From Zootoca vivipara (Eukaryota), in contig NC_083288.1 of the NCBI RefSeq assembly GCF_963506605.1, positions 29,884,001 to 29,948,000 on the forward strand: DNA of 64,000 nucleotides. The letters run 5' to 3'. How positions within the stretch are numbered: position 1 is the stretch's first letter; each line of letters starts with the position of its first letter. A program made the translations under genes and the position numbers. The notes beneath the pieces were generated by a model. It was not told the origin of the DNA. It worked only from the letters and a program-made list of their open reading frames with translations, and did no database searches. Positions 47,944-59,500 of this stretch are shown one piece after another.

Positions 47944-48698
47944 GAAGCACAAAATGGAAAGGGTGAATAATAATATTATTTTTTATTCAAGCTCTTGAAA
48001 GACTGTGTAATTTTTATTGTGTTTTTTATATATGTTGGAAGCTGCCCAGAGTGGCTGAGGCAACCCAGTCAGACGGGCAGCATACAAATAATAAAATTAT
48101 TGTCATTGTCCATGGTATACATTTAAAAATAATAATGGCATGCATCATAATGATATGGACCGTGATGAGATGCCTATTGTGTGACTGCTGTATCAAGTTT
48201 ATTAAAACAAGCAAGGTTAACAGTGAACTGGGGGGTGTATCCTGATAAAGAAAAGGCATTACTATTTATTTAAAATACTGATATCCTGTTATCCAATCAA
48301 CCTACAATAAAATTTAATCAACAGCAGTGAAAACATGAATACATTAACAATAATGAAACAAGGAGTTCAGTGTGAAATGAATCACAGGTGGGACTCGGGG
48401 GGGGGGGCTAGCATGGATGCCTGTTGAATCTCAAAGGAAATGAAATTCCAAAGCTGCGGAGCCACATGGAGTACGCCAATGGCATGCAGTCATTGGACTA
48501 AGGGGACTAGGGTGGAACCCACACACATATAAAAACCATTCTGAAAATGCTTTTTTTTAAAGCGATTTTAAAAATACACTGAATTTTCCATGAGGCTCAC
48601 CATCACCATCTAGTCTCACATTGTGTATTGCACTTAGAACACACTTAAAACATTTTATTTGCAGCTGTATAGCTGAGTTGCAGCTGTATAGCTGAGTT

Positions 48699-49530
48699 GA
48701 ATCCCAAGCCGGAATTAAGATTGCCGAAAGAAATATCAACAACCTCAGATATGCAGATGACACAACCTTGATGGCAGAAAGCGAGGAGGAATTAAAGAAC
48801 CTTTTAATGAGGGTGAAAGAGGAGAGCGCAAAATATGGTCTGAAGCTCAACATCAAAAAAACCAAGATCATGGCCACTGGTCCCATCACCTCCTGGCAAA
48901 TGGAAGGGGAAGAAATGGAGGCAGTGAGAGATTTTACTTTCTTGGGCTCCTTGATCACTGCAGATGGTGACAGCACTCACGAAATTAAAAGACGCCTGCT
49001 TCTTGGGAGAAAAGCAATGACAAACCTAGACAGCATCTTAAAAAGCAGAGACATCACCTTGCCGACAAAGGTCCGTATAGTTAAAGCTATGGTTTTCCCA
49101 GTAGTGGGTATGGAAGTGAGAGCTGGACCATAAAGAAGGCTGATCGCCGAAGAATTGATGCTTTTGAATTATGGTGCTGGAGGAGACTCTTGAGAGTCCC
49201 ATGGACTGCAAGAAGATCAAACCTATCCATTCTTAAGGAAATCAGCCCTGAGTGCTCCCTGGAAGAACAGATCGTGAAGCTGAGGCTCCAATACTTTGGC
49301 CACCTCATGAGAAGAGAAGAATCCCTGGAAAAGACCCTGATGTTGGGAAAGATTGAGGGCACTAGGAGAAGGGGACGACAGAGGACGAGATGGTTGGACA
49401 GTGTTCTCGAAGCTACGAACATGAGTTTGACCAAACTGCGGGAGGCAGTGCAAGACAGGAGTGCCTGGCGTGCTATGGTTCATGGGGTCACGAAGAGTCG
49501 GACACGACTAAACAACTAAACAACAACAAA
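48699..49530 (+). mobile_element. RTE-BovB LINE, 5'-truncated
   Basis: NINNLRYADDTTL, EIKRRLLLGRKAM, LEKTLMLGKIEG and HGVTKSRTRL. Has a (CAA)-type tail and 9-bp TSD AGCTGAGTT. Confidence 0.95.
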
Positions 49531-50755
49531 AGCTGAGTTCTAAGCTAGTCCCCCAGATGTTCCCCTGGTGCCTCCTGTAATAGATTCACCCAAGTATGGA
49601 AGATTTATTACACCCTGGATTAAAAAGAGTTAATCCATCTCCAATTTCAAAAGAGGAGGGGACAGCCGTTTGGAGAGGGTGAGGGGTGTGTGGGGACAAA
49701 GGAGGGAAGGAGAAGGGTGTGAAGTGAGGTTAGTGGTGGTTTAGGTTAGGCTTAGGTTAACTTGGAGTTAAAGTTTGACAGAGTTAGTGTACAACTGTAA
49801 CTAAGTTTGCAACCTTATGAATCGTTAAGAAAAAAAGCACTATGTTCTCAAGAAAATAAAATTCATATTTGTTGTGCCAGGGAGAATTGTCTCAGTTGTT
49901 CCAGCAGCGTATCAAAACTCACAGAGGTGGAGACTCAGAAGAGGGCAAAACTTACCTCAGGGAAAAGGGGGATAGTATGTGTCCTAGAGTCACACAAAAG
50001 GGGCAATAGGGTGAAAACCTAGAGTGCCATAAATTTCCGAAGGTGAAAAGGCAAACTGATACAGTGGGGATCCTAGCTGAGTGGGGGGACCCTTTACTGT
50101 AAGTAAGAGGTTGGTCATTTAAGTAGCCCTGAGTTTTTATGAGATCAGGCCACGAAAGCTGGAATTAGACTCTCATTACTAAGAAGCCCAGAAGTAGTGA
50201 GGGGTTTATTTTAAGGCGAAAGGAGTTGAGTGGGGGATTGCTCCACCCCCTGAACCCCTTCGCCTCATAATTTATTGACAGCATCGGAGTTTCGTCGCAC
50301 CTCCTTCCTGAAGCCCAGGAAGCTTCTGCCCCGATTTGGGAGTTAGGCGTGAGGCTCCGATGGGTCCAAGATCCATCCTCCTGTCTTCGCAAAGCTTATC
50401 TGGCTTTTGGAAGGAGGTGGGAGGGTTCCAGCATCCTGTCAGACCCCTGGCCCCTCCTTCGCAAAGCCCGGGAAACTTATGCCCAGCTTAGGGAAGGAGG
50501 TGCAAAACTCACGTGTGCAACGTCAGGAGATCACAATGTCACATTCATGACATTATCCCCTCACAAGCTAGCGCTTCTGGTCCTAACTGTTCCCCTATGA
50601 AAAATTTAACAGCATGCCACTGGAGCAGGCCCACCCACATGTCACCCAGTGATGGGACACTAATAAACCTATCCATGTAATATATCACCTCCCAGGCAAG
50701 GCTCTACAATATTTCAGCTTTTCAGAACAAATCTGGAAACAGTGCCATACAAATG

Positions 50756-51670
50756 TTAAAGATTCAATAGCTTCTGCAATGCAGTCTGGATCTCTTTGTT
50801 TCTGAAGCTATAGATGAAAGGATTTAATAAAGAAGGAAGTATAGCATATATCACAGCAAGGACTAGATCCAGGTCAGGTGAGATATTACTGTGTGGTGTT
50901 GCATAAATAAAGATTGCAGAAAACATGTACAGAGAGAAAACAAGGAGGTGGGGCAAGCAAGTGGAGAGAGCCTTATGCTGTCCCTGTTTGGAAGGGATTT
51001 TGAGGACTGTAGTGAAGATCCACACGTAAGTTTTAATAATGAAAATGAAGCATCCCAATCCTGTGATATAACTACATACAAGAAATCCAACTTCAACGAG
51101 GTATAAGTCAGAGCAAGACAATTTCATTAATTTGGGGATTTCACAGAAGAATTGATCAACAATATTGGAACAGAAGTTCATTGAAAATGTGCCAGTAGTG
51201 TGTAGCACAGCATAGAGAATACTGGTGATCCATCCAATGGTTATTATCTGAATGCAGGCCCCTTTGTTCATGATTAGTTCGTATTGCAGTGGATTGCAAA
51301 TGGCAACATATCGGTCATGTGCCATTATTGTTAAGATAGCAAAATCAAAGCATTCAAAGACTAAAAAGAAGAAAATTTGAGAGACACATTCAAAATAGGA
51401 AATGTGGTTGCTGTTCATGAGTAAGTTAAACATTGATTTGGGTAGAGTGACAGAAACTGAGCCAATATCAGAAATGGCCAAGTTCATTAGGAAGAAGTAC
51501 ATTGGTATATGCAGATGATGGTCAAGAGCTATCACAACAATGATCAAAAGATTCCCTGTTATGATTATTAAGTATAATGCTAGGAACAGAAAGGCGTGTA
51601 AGACCTGCAGCTCTCTGACCTGAGAAAATTCCAGAAGCAGGAATCCAGAAGTGGAGGTCAGATTAGACAT
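50756..51670 (-). CDS. Olfactory receptor, OR14-like, 304 aa
   Basis: Has NLT, LHIPMYFFL, MAHDRYVAIC, FFCEIPKLMKLSC, KALSTCLPHL and LNPFIYSFRN. Confidence 0.92.
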   Translation of the reverse strand: MSNLTSTSGFLLLEFSQVRELQVLHAFLFLALYLIIITGNLLIIVVIALDHHLHIPMYFFLMNLAISDIGSVSVTLPKSMFNLLMNSNHISYFECVSQIFFFLVFECFDFAILTIMAHDRYVAICNPLQYELIMNKGACIQIITIGWITSILYAVLHTTGTFSMNFCSNIVDQFFCEIPKLMKLSCSDLYLVEVGFLVCSYITGLGCFIFIIKTYVWIFTTVLKIPSKQGQHKALSTCLPHLLVFSLYMFSAIFIYATPHSNISPDLDLVLAVIYAILPSLLNPFIYSFRNKEIQTALQKLLNL

Positions 51671-51695
51671 TCTGTGTGTGAAAATAATTGTGTGT

Positions 51696-51747
<52 letters not shown>

Positions 51748-51750
51748 ACA

Positions 51751-52104
51751 GGGATGCGGGTGGCGCTGTGGGTTAAACCACAGAGCCTAGGGCTTGCTGA
51801 TCAGAAGGTCGGCAGTTCGAATCCCCGCGACGGAGTGAGCTCCCGTTGCTCGGTCCCAGCTCCTGCCAACCTAACAGTTCGAAAGCACGTCAAAGTGCAA
51901 GTAGATAAATAGGTAACGCTCTGACGGGAAGGTAAACGGCGTTTCCGTGTGCTGCTCTGGTTCGCCAGAAGCGGCTTTGTCATGCTGGCCACATGACCTG
52001 GAAGCTGTACACCGGCTCCCTCGGCCAATAACGCGAGATGAGCGCCGCAACCCCAGAGTCAATCACGACTGGACCTAATGGTCAGGGGTCCCTTTACCTT
52101 TACC

Positions 52105-52105
<1 letters not shown>
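51751..52105 (+). mobile_element. Sauria SINE, full length, between two (GA)n tracts
   Basis: GGGATGCGGGTGGCGCTGTGG, B box GTTCGAATCC, BovB-related 3' part and (ACCTTT)n tail. Confidence 0.93.
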
Positions 52106-52165
<60 letters not shown>

Positions 52166-52434
52166 CATAAGAATACTAGAAGTGATTCTCCATTCATTTA
52201 ATGATTGTAATGCAGAGCAATTAAAGTCATGCTGATTAATATAATGGAAAGTGCTACAATCCACTGGTAAGATACACATTCTATGAAGGGAGAAGAGTGT
52301 GATATCATTTGACCAGCATTACTATTTTTCCTTCATTAAGTGCTACTCCCTTACCTGCTCTTTGAAAGCATCATTTCTTCACACACAAACACCTTGGATG
52401 GTTGAGCTATATACATCATGGAAATGTTTGCCAT

Positions 52435-52855
52435 GTTATTATCCAGAATAGCAGTGCTTCATTCACCTGCCCTGCTTCCAATGTAATATATGTCATCAGG
52501 TGCCGGTCATACCCTTCTGAATTCTACATTGGACAAACAGCCCAGTCTCTGCACAGAATAATAAATGGGCTTCAAAGGCTGAATATAACATGAAAACTCT
52601 GTACTACATTCCAGCAGGAGTTTTGGTGACTGAATTGAAACAGTGGATTTTTAACATCCTGCATGTCTTAAACAGATTATCATTTCAGGAGGTTTGTTTA
52701 TTAGCAACTGTTCTGTGAATTGCCACCATTATAATATAAATTTCATTATCTGCACTTATTGCATTTCATATTCTATTAACCTCACTGTTTGCAATCCTTC
52801 CCCCCACAAAAAGATATGCCACAACAAATTTGTTAGTCTTTCAGGTGCCACAAGA
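52435..52855 (+). mobile_element. Penelope-like element remnant (GIY-YIG endonuclease fragment and terminus)
   Basis: SFTCPASNVIYVIRC...YIGQTAQSLHRIING, plus the terminal motif AAATTTGTTAGTCTTT.AGGTGCCACAAG. Confidence 0.75.
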
Positions 52856-53045
52856 ATGGTGATTTTGCTTGAAAATGTGAAGATAAAATGTGCCTATTGA
52901 GTCTCTTATATACTATATGTTTGATTGTGCACTAACCACAAATATAAGCCACTACCATATTTAGATATGGCTATAAGCAAATGCTAGGAGGGGAAATAGG
53001 ATAATAGGAATAAGAATGAGAAGAAAGGGGGATGAGAAAACATTT

Positions 53046-53370
53046 ACTTACTCTTCCTCAAAAGTATCATCTACAGAAGATGCATTTTCTCTCCCAGCTG
53101 CTTTTTCATCAAAGAAATGTTTGCCTTTGTCTGCTCACTGTTCATTGTTTATTTGAAATGGCGTCTTATGTGTGTCTGTCAATGTGTCTCTAATGGGGTC
53201 TTCATTTTGGTTGTGGGATGGGATTTATGTTTTTGTTTGCGTTGCTTTCTTGGAGACATGTTCCCAGGAGTCTTGTACAGCTGATCTGAAAAGTATGCTG
53301 AGACTTTTTTCTTGACCTGATTTTGTTATTTGTTTCCCTAACAGATTTAGATAGATAATTAGCAGGAGTA
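53046..53370 (-). promoter_or_regulatory. Putative promoter and non-coding exon of the OR at 50756-51670
   Basis: Minus-strand donor GTAAGT (53046-53051), O/E-like TTCCCAGGAG (53261) and TAATTA (53356). The block is conserved with 59370-59500. Confidence 0.55.
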
Positions 53371-53774
53371 ACCTCATAAGACCACTCACTGGAGCAAGAT
53401 CAATGTCAATCATTATTTTTAATTTATTTATTGGTGTCCAGGTTTAGGCTTGGAGTTCTGGCATGTGAACAGCTGCTATATCAGCTTGGAACTTTTCTGT
53501 ATTAAGGAGGACATATTAAAGTTAAGTTATCCCAACAAAAAGAGGGATTTCTCAGAGGCCCATTGTGTGGAGAACCAAAGGGTGCAAATGTCCTGGAAGG
53601 CCTCTAAACACCATATTAGGAGTAAAGATAACCATAGGACTAACTAATTGAAGTTGTAAATTAGATCATATATGCTTATCTGGTTGCTTTGAATTCTTAG
53701 TTTTGGATGAGTTGGTTGGGAGAGTTTAGACTTTTCATGCTGGTTGCCTGGCAGTGACACCCTTATATAAGAGA

Positions 53775-55796
53775 CTAGCTGACCCGGCCACGTGTTGCTG
53801 TGGTTCTTTCCTGTGATCCCCCCCCCTGTCCCGATCCATGACGTATCCTGCCCCTCCTCCCTCCACCCCGGCTCATCCCTGTGTTTCGGTAGGATACCCT
53901 TCCCTCTGTTGTCCCTGGGGAGTGTTGGCCCCTACCCCCGGTATCTTCCTACATTGGCCCCCAGCCTTGGAGAAGGAGCTGTCAGTTTCTGGGTTCCATT
54001 TCCCAGTATTTACTTTTGTCTGAGCCCTCTGTTGTCCCCTCCCCCCTGTATCTCCATACATTGGCCCCTGCGCATGCATCATGAACATTCCTATATATTT
54101 AGATTAAGGATCGGGGGGTGATGATGTGCCCTGGGACCCAGAGAACTACTTAAAGAATCCCAACCTGGGGGGGGGTCAAATAGTGAAGCCCCATAGCCCC
54201 GTAGCAACAGACAGGCCTAGACAGAAGGAGGGGGGTCATATGGGCCACTTGGGGGCCTCTGAATCTAAAGGGGGCCTCGGTCAGCATATTCACAATCATT
54301 AAAATGAAAAAAGTAACAAAAGGGTTAAAAACAGGGCCACATTATCTACCTGGCCCGGGCCCTGTAACGGGCCCTGTAACAGAAGGCGCGTTCTGAAGCA
54401 CCCGAGTTGTTCAGTTCCATAAAAAACCCAGGAAGTGGCAAGGGGAAGGTAGGGAATTGTAAATGGGGTAGGGGGTGGCCACTGCAAATATCTGGGGAGA
54501 GAAAGTGCATGGTTTTTGTTTTGCTTTTTAAAGACACAGAGGCTTACAATCAGTTGTTTCTCCTAAAATAAGACATACCCATAAAATAAGCCATAGCAGG
54601 ATTTCTAAGCATTTGCGCAACATAAGCCATACCCCGAAAACAAGACATAGTGATAGGCGCAGTTCTGGAGGGTCCCAAGGAAGAGGCAAGGCTGGACACG
54701 TAATAAAAAAATAAGACATCCTTTGAAAATAAGCCAATGTGGGGTTATTTTAGGACTAATAAATATAAGACGGTGTCTTATTTTTGGAGAAGCACGGTAA
54801 AGCCTAGGTTAAAAGGGGCACGACTGCCCTTACTTAAAATGGCCGCCGCAGCCTCGCATGTGACACAATGCCCACTAAATTATAAAGCGAAAACCCCTCA
54901 CTGTACCCCCAAGTGCGTGTTAGGAGAAATGATGAATGACTGCCTAATGCTGCCAGGCGTTTATTAATGCAGCCGCCGGGAGAGGCTTTGGGCTTGGGGT
55001 GGAATAGCTGTTTTGGTGGTTGCAAGGCCTCCCGTTTTACAGGATCTCGTGGCGGAAGCGGGGTTTGTGGGTGTGGTGCGTTGTTGTGGCTAATCCCTGT
55101 GTCTGCCCCCACGTGTCCCGGTCCATGATCTATTCAGTTTGTGTGCCCCCCCCTCCATGACCAGCATATCTCATGAGGTTTTGAAGGATGGTATTTATTT
55201 TTGTCTTGTGGATTTTTTTTGGGGGGGGGGAGTGGTGCTAAATTGTAAAGTAAAAACCCCTTGCCGTGCAGGGGCCTACATAAATCAAAGGCCGTGCTGC
55301 GCACTGTGCCACCCCCACCCCCCAGGCAGGCCCCAACCTCCACTTGGCAATGTTGGTTTTTTGGTGGGGTTTTTTGGGGGGGTAGTGGTGCTAAATGGTA
55401 AAGTAAAAACCCCTTGCCATGCCCCCAAGTGCGTTGCTGTTGGTTATCCCCCCCCCCGGGGGGCTGTCAGGGGCCTACATAAAACAGAGGCCATGCTGGG
55501 GCCTGTGATAATGGCCGACTTGGTGGTTTCTGTTGCTTGGTTGATGATGTCATTTGTTTTGTGGGTGTGGCTTAGATTTCACAGGAATGGAGGGGGTGGA
55601 GGAGGGTATAATGCCACTTGAGGGCGCTGTTTAACTTGGTGGAAATCCAGGTCTGTACCTGCCCAGGTGTGTGATTTGAGGGATTTTTGCCCCCAACAAC
55701 GCTCGGGGAGTGGCCTGGATCATTGTGTCAAAATTTCAGGACGATCGGTCAAGCGGTTACAGAGAAAAGTGTAGAATGCAGTTTCACGATTTTTAC

Positions 55797-55846
<50 letters not shown>
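53775..55846 (-). mobile_element. Non-autonomous Helitron-like element (about 2.1 kb)
   Basis: Minus strand begins TC(AT)n AAATGTAAAAATCG and ends in a CCAC...GTGG hairpin, then GGGTCAGCTAG|T. No TSD or TIR. Confidence 0.72.
54551..54797. mobile_element. Tc1/pogo-type MITE nested in the Helitron
   Basis: Inverted termini TGTTTCTCCTAAAATAAGACA ... TGTCTTATTTTTGGAGAAGCACGG, with internal AAAATAAG(A/C)CAT repeats. Confidence 0.65.
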
Positions 55847-55847
<1 letters not shown>

Positions 55848-56142
55848 TGGGAATGTGGAACAGTCCTTTAAGTGAAGGGTGGTTGATTGGACTCTTGTCG
55901 CCAGCTTCCATTGCTGTCTTTTCGTATACACTAGTGGCCAAAATTTTGACCACTAGTGTAAGTAGTTGTAGAGGAAATGTGGAAGAATCACAATTGAAGA
56001 GGCATAGGTGGCCTTGTGCTTTCCGGTTTTGACACAACAACATTTATTTTATAAAGTAAAGAAACAACAATTGATTGAAAATAAATAAAAATGTAAAAGG
56101 ATTTGAGCCCAGTTTTGACGGGAGGGTGGGGTATAAATAAAA

Positions 56143-56193
<51 letters not shown>

Positions 56194-56855
56194 ACCAAAG
56201 TTTGCTTATGTGATTGCTTCTCAGCAGAAGGCCAAAAATGTCCTGGGCTGTTTTTGCATCAGAGCATTGGTTTGATGTTGCAGGTATGAAAATGTTATTG
56301 CCCCAGCTCTGCCATCACCAACCTGGTATCTTCCAGATGTTTTGAGCTATAACTCCTCTACATACGGAAAAACATATGATACAGTACCTTTCCATTTGGT
56401 TTACCCAATAACAACAAAGGGGGGAAATAAATGCTGTTCCTTTAATGCCATGCATTGCTTTTAGATGACAACAGAAAACCAAGCAATTTAAGTAGCGATC
56501 CAGTACTCTTGTGAGTGGGGAACCAATGCCATTTGCTATTTTGTTGGACTCCATCTCCCTTCAACCCAAAACAGGATGATGAGTGGTCCTAGCTGATAGT
56601 AGTTGGATGCCAACAAGATATGAAAATGTCCAGGGTAGGGTTTGCTGCAATAGCAAAATTACCATGTCCACAGTGTATCTGGGTGACATAATTATGAACT
56701 GTAATAATGGTTTAATTTTTCAAAACTCAACAAAATAATATCTATGGGGTACAGAGCAACAACACATGTGTCTACCAAATGATTCTGCTGCATACTTTTC
56801 ATGCCTGTTTCTTGAATATTGGATTGCCCCCTAAGAAGGGCAACCTCAGCAGATC

Positions 56856-57845
56856 TCAGCTCCTAGGAAGGGCTATAAAAGGAAATCCCAAACATTTCAG
56901 AATAAATCTGGGAATAGTGTCAGGAAACTGCTTAAGATTCAATTGTTTCCTCAATGCAGTCTGGATCTCTTTGTTTCTCATGCTATAGATGAATGGGTTC
57001 AGCATAGGTGGAAGAATAATATACATCACAGCAAAGACAAGATCAAGGCCAGATGAGCTGTTACTAGGTGGTCTGATGTGGGCAAAGAGTCCAGTGGACA
57101 CAAGTACAGAGACAACCAGGAGGTGGGGAAGGCAAGTGGAAAGGGCCTTATTCCGTCCCTGTTCAGAAGGCATTTTGAGGACTGTTCTCAAGATCCATGC
57201 ATAAGTTACAATGATGAAGACAAAGCATCCAAAAACAGAAATACAGCTAAATACAAGAAGTCCAACTTCAACTAGGTATAAGTCAGAGCAAGACAATTTT
57301 AGTAGTTTTGGGATTTCACAGAAGAATTGATCGACATGATTGGAGCAGAAGGTAATTGAAAATGTGCCTGCAGTGTGTAGCACACCATAGAGAATGCTGG
57401 TGATCCATCCAATGGTTATTATCTGAATGCAGGCCCCTTTGTTCATAATTACTTCATATTGCAGTGGATTACAGATGGCCACATACCTGTCATGTGCCAT
57501 TATTGTTAACAGAGTAATATCAGAGCATCCAAAAAGGGAATAGAAGAAAACCTGAGTGACACATGTAGCATAAGAAATATGGCTGTTGTTCATGATTGAA
57601 TTAACCATGGATGTGGGTTGAATGATAGAAATTGAGCCAATATCAGAAACGGCCAAGTTCATGAGGAAGAAGTACATTGGTGTATGCAGGTGATGGCCAA
57701 GGGCTATTACAAAGATGATCAAAAGATTCCCGATTACCGTTATCAAGTATAGTCCTAGGAACACAAAGAAGTGTAGTATCTGTAGTTCTCGGATCTGAGA
57801 AAATTCTAGAAGTAGAAATCCAGATGTGAGAGTCAGATTATGCAT
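56856..57845 (-). CDS. Olfactory receptor, OR14-like, 329 aa (start MHNLT)
   Basis: The acceptor ctctctcgcAG (57875-57876) places the ORF-track start at 57926 in the intron. Has LHTPMYFFL, MAHDRYVAIC, KALSTCLPHL and PPMLNPFIYSMRN. Confidence 0.93.
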   Translation of the reverse strand: MHNLTLTSGFLLLEFSQIRELQILHFFVFLGLYLITVIGNLLIIFVIALGHHLHTPMYFFLMNLAVSDIGSISIIQPTSMVNSIMNNSHISYATCVTQVFFYSLFGCSDITLLTIMAHDRYVAICNPLQYEVIMNKGACIQIITIGWITSILYGVLHTAGTFSITFCSNHVDQFFCEIPKLLKLSCSDLYLVEVGLLVFSCISVFGCFVFIIVTYAWILRTVLKMPSEQGRNKALSTCLPHLLVVSVLVSTGLFAHIRPPSNSSSGLDLVFAVMYIILPPMLNPFIYSMRNKEIQTALRKQLNLKQFPDTIPRFILKCLGFPFIALPRS

Positions 57846-57943
57846 TTTGTATGTCACATAAGATTGTGTGCTACCTGCGAGAGAGAGAAAATCCCAGCAA
57901 ATATCAGAACTGATTCCCCATTTCATTCAATGCTTGTATAGTG

Positions 57944-58141
57944 CAGTGTTTCTCAACCTTTTTTGGGCAAAGGCACACTTGTTTCATGAAAAAAAATCAC
58001 GAGGCACACCACCATTAGAAAATGTTAAAAAAATTAACTCTGTTCCTATATTGACTATATATAAAGTAATTCTCCCATGGCACACCAGGCAACATCTCGC
58101 GGCACACTAGTGTGCCACGGAACAGTGGTTGAGAAACACTG
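57944..58141. mobile_element. hAT (Charlie-like) MITE
   Basis: Perfect 15-bp TIR CAGTGTTTCTCAACC and 8-bp TSD GTATAGTG. Confidence 0.92.
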
Positions 58142-58144
58142 GTA

Positions 58145-58354
58145 TAGTGGTACCTCTGGTTACAGATGCTTCAGGTTACAGACTCCACTAACCTGGAGGT
58201 AAGAACTTTGCTTCAGCATGAGAACAGAAATCATGCAGTGGTGCAGCGGTAGCGGGAGGCCCCATTAACTAAAGTGGTACCTCAGGTTAAGAACAGTTTC
58301 AGGTTAAGAACGGACCTCCACAACGAATTAAGTTTTTAACCTGAGGTACCACTG
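58145..58354. mobile_element. Tc1/pogo (Tigger-like) MITE
   Basis: TA|TAGTGGTACCTC ... GAGGTACCACTG|TA. Confidence 0.8.
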
Positions 58355-59077
58355 TAGGCAGATAATTAAAATTCATATTTATTAATGTTATGGGCAGTGC
58401 TGCAATCCACCATGAAATGTGTGCTTCGTGTAGGAAGAACTGTGATAACCCTGTTGCCCCTTCAATATTTTCCTCATAGTACAACAAAGTGGATTTTATA
58501 AATACATCTTGAATGGATGGGAAGCTTTGGGGTACAGGAAGAAATTTGCACAATTACTTTTAGAAATTCCAGCTGCTTCAAAATGCAAGAGTCTTCTTAA
58601 TGACCTGGGTTCAATTTTGAACTCACAAAACACCTGCAATGGTTTACAAATTAGTTTCCATTCACAATTAAACTACTCATATTACTATTTAGAATGCTAA
58701 GTGAATTGCTCTCCTAATATCTGAGATTGCCTACTTCCCTACAGATTGGCAAAGGTCATTACAGCATGCTCAACAAAGTTCAAGGACCGGACTCAGAGAG
58801 AGTATTTTTGGTCCTTAATATGGTTGCACTTGAAAATAGAAACTGCAAAAGGTGATTGCACCATGAAACTTCTAAAGTGCAATTTATCAAGAGGTATATT
58901 GTTATCACTCCTGGATTGAATTGTTACAATTGATTGTTTAAGAACAAAAGATGTTTATTTTAGTAATATATGTTGCAAAACTGTGAACACTTGGCTGGGA
59001 GTAAGTCCCACTAAATTTAATGAGACATACTCTGAGCATAGAATTTTACTATTAAATGGTTGAAAATGGATGTACTC

Positions 59078-59500
59078 ACTTACATTATTGAAATAACCAT
59101 CACTGCTTCCAGTCAGAAATATCCTATCAGCTCAAATGCAGTAGTTTTCATAGGAGAGACTCCAGTCGTTTAGAAAGAAGACTTTGAAGTATTATGTTGC
59201 ATGTCTGTGTAGACTGAACTTTATCTTGTCGGCTTCAATAGGCAGACAAAGGATGTAGTTCACCCAGTTCTTTGATTTTTCTTAATTCTTTCTTTGAAGC
59301 TTAGCACTCTGTATGTATCTACCAACACTGAGGTTTTTTCTGCTGTGGGAAGGAATTAGTAGTTCTGTTTTCCTTAGCTTCTTTGAGACATGCTCCCAGG
59401 ACCCCAGTGCACCTGATCAGAAAAGTGTGTTGCTTCCCGCCCCCCTCACCTTCTCTTTGTTTGTTTGTTTCCCAACTAACCTAAATAGATGATTACCACA
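59078..59500 (-). promoter_or_regulatory. Putative promoter and non-coding exon of the OR at 56856-57845
   Basis: Minus-strand donor GTAAGT (59078-59083), O/E-like CTCCCAGGA (59393) and TAATCA on the minus strand (59490). The block is conserved with 53240-53370. Confidence 0.5.

Noticed and set aside
51751-51830. tRNA gene
   Set aside because: The A/B boxes belong to a SINE head, and there is no complete cloverleaf.
57846-57926. 27-aa N-terminal extension of the last OR
   Set aside because: It crosses a canonical splice acceptor, and the paralogue starts at the equivalent of MHNLT.
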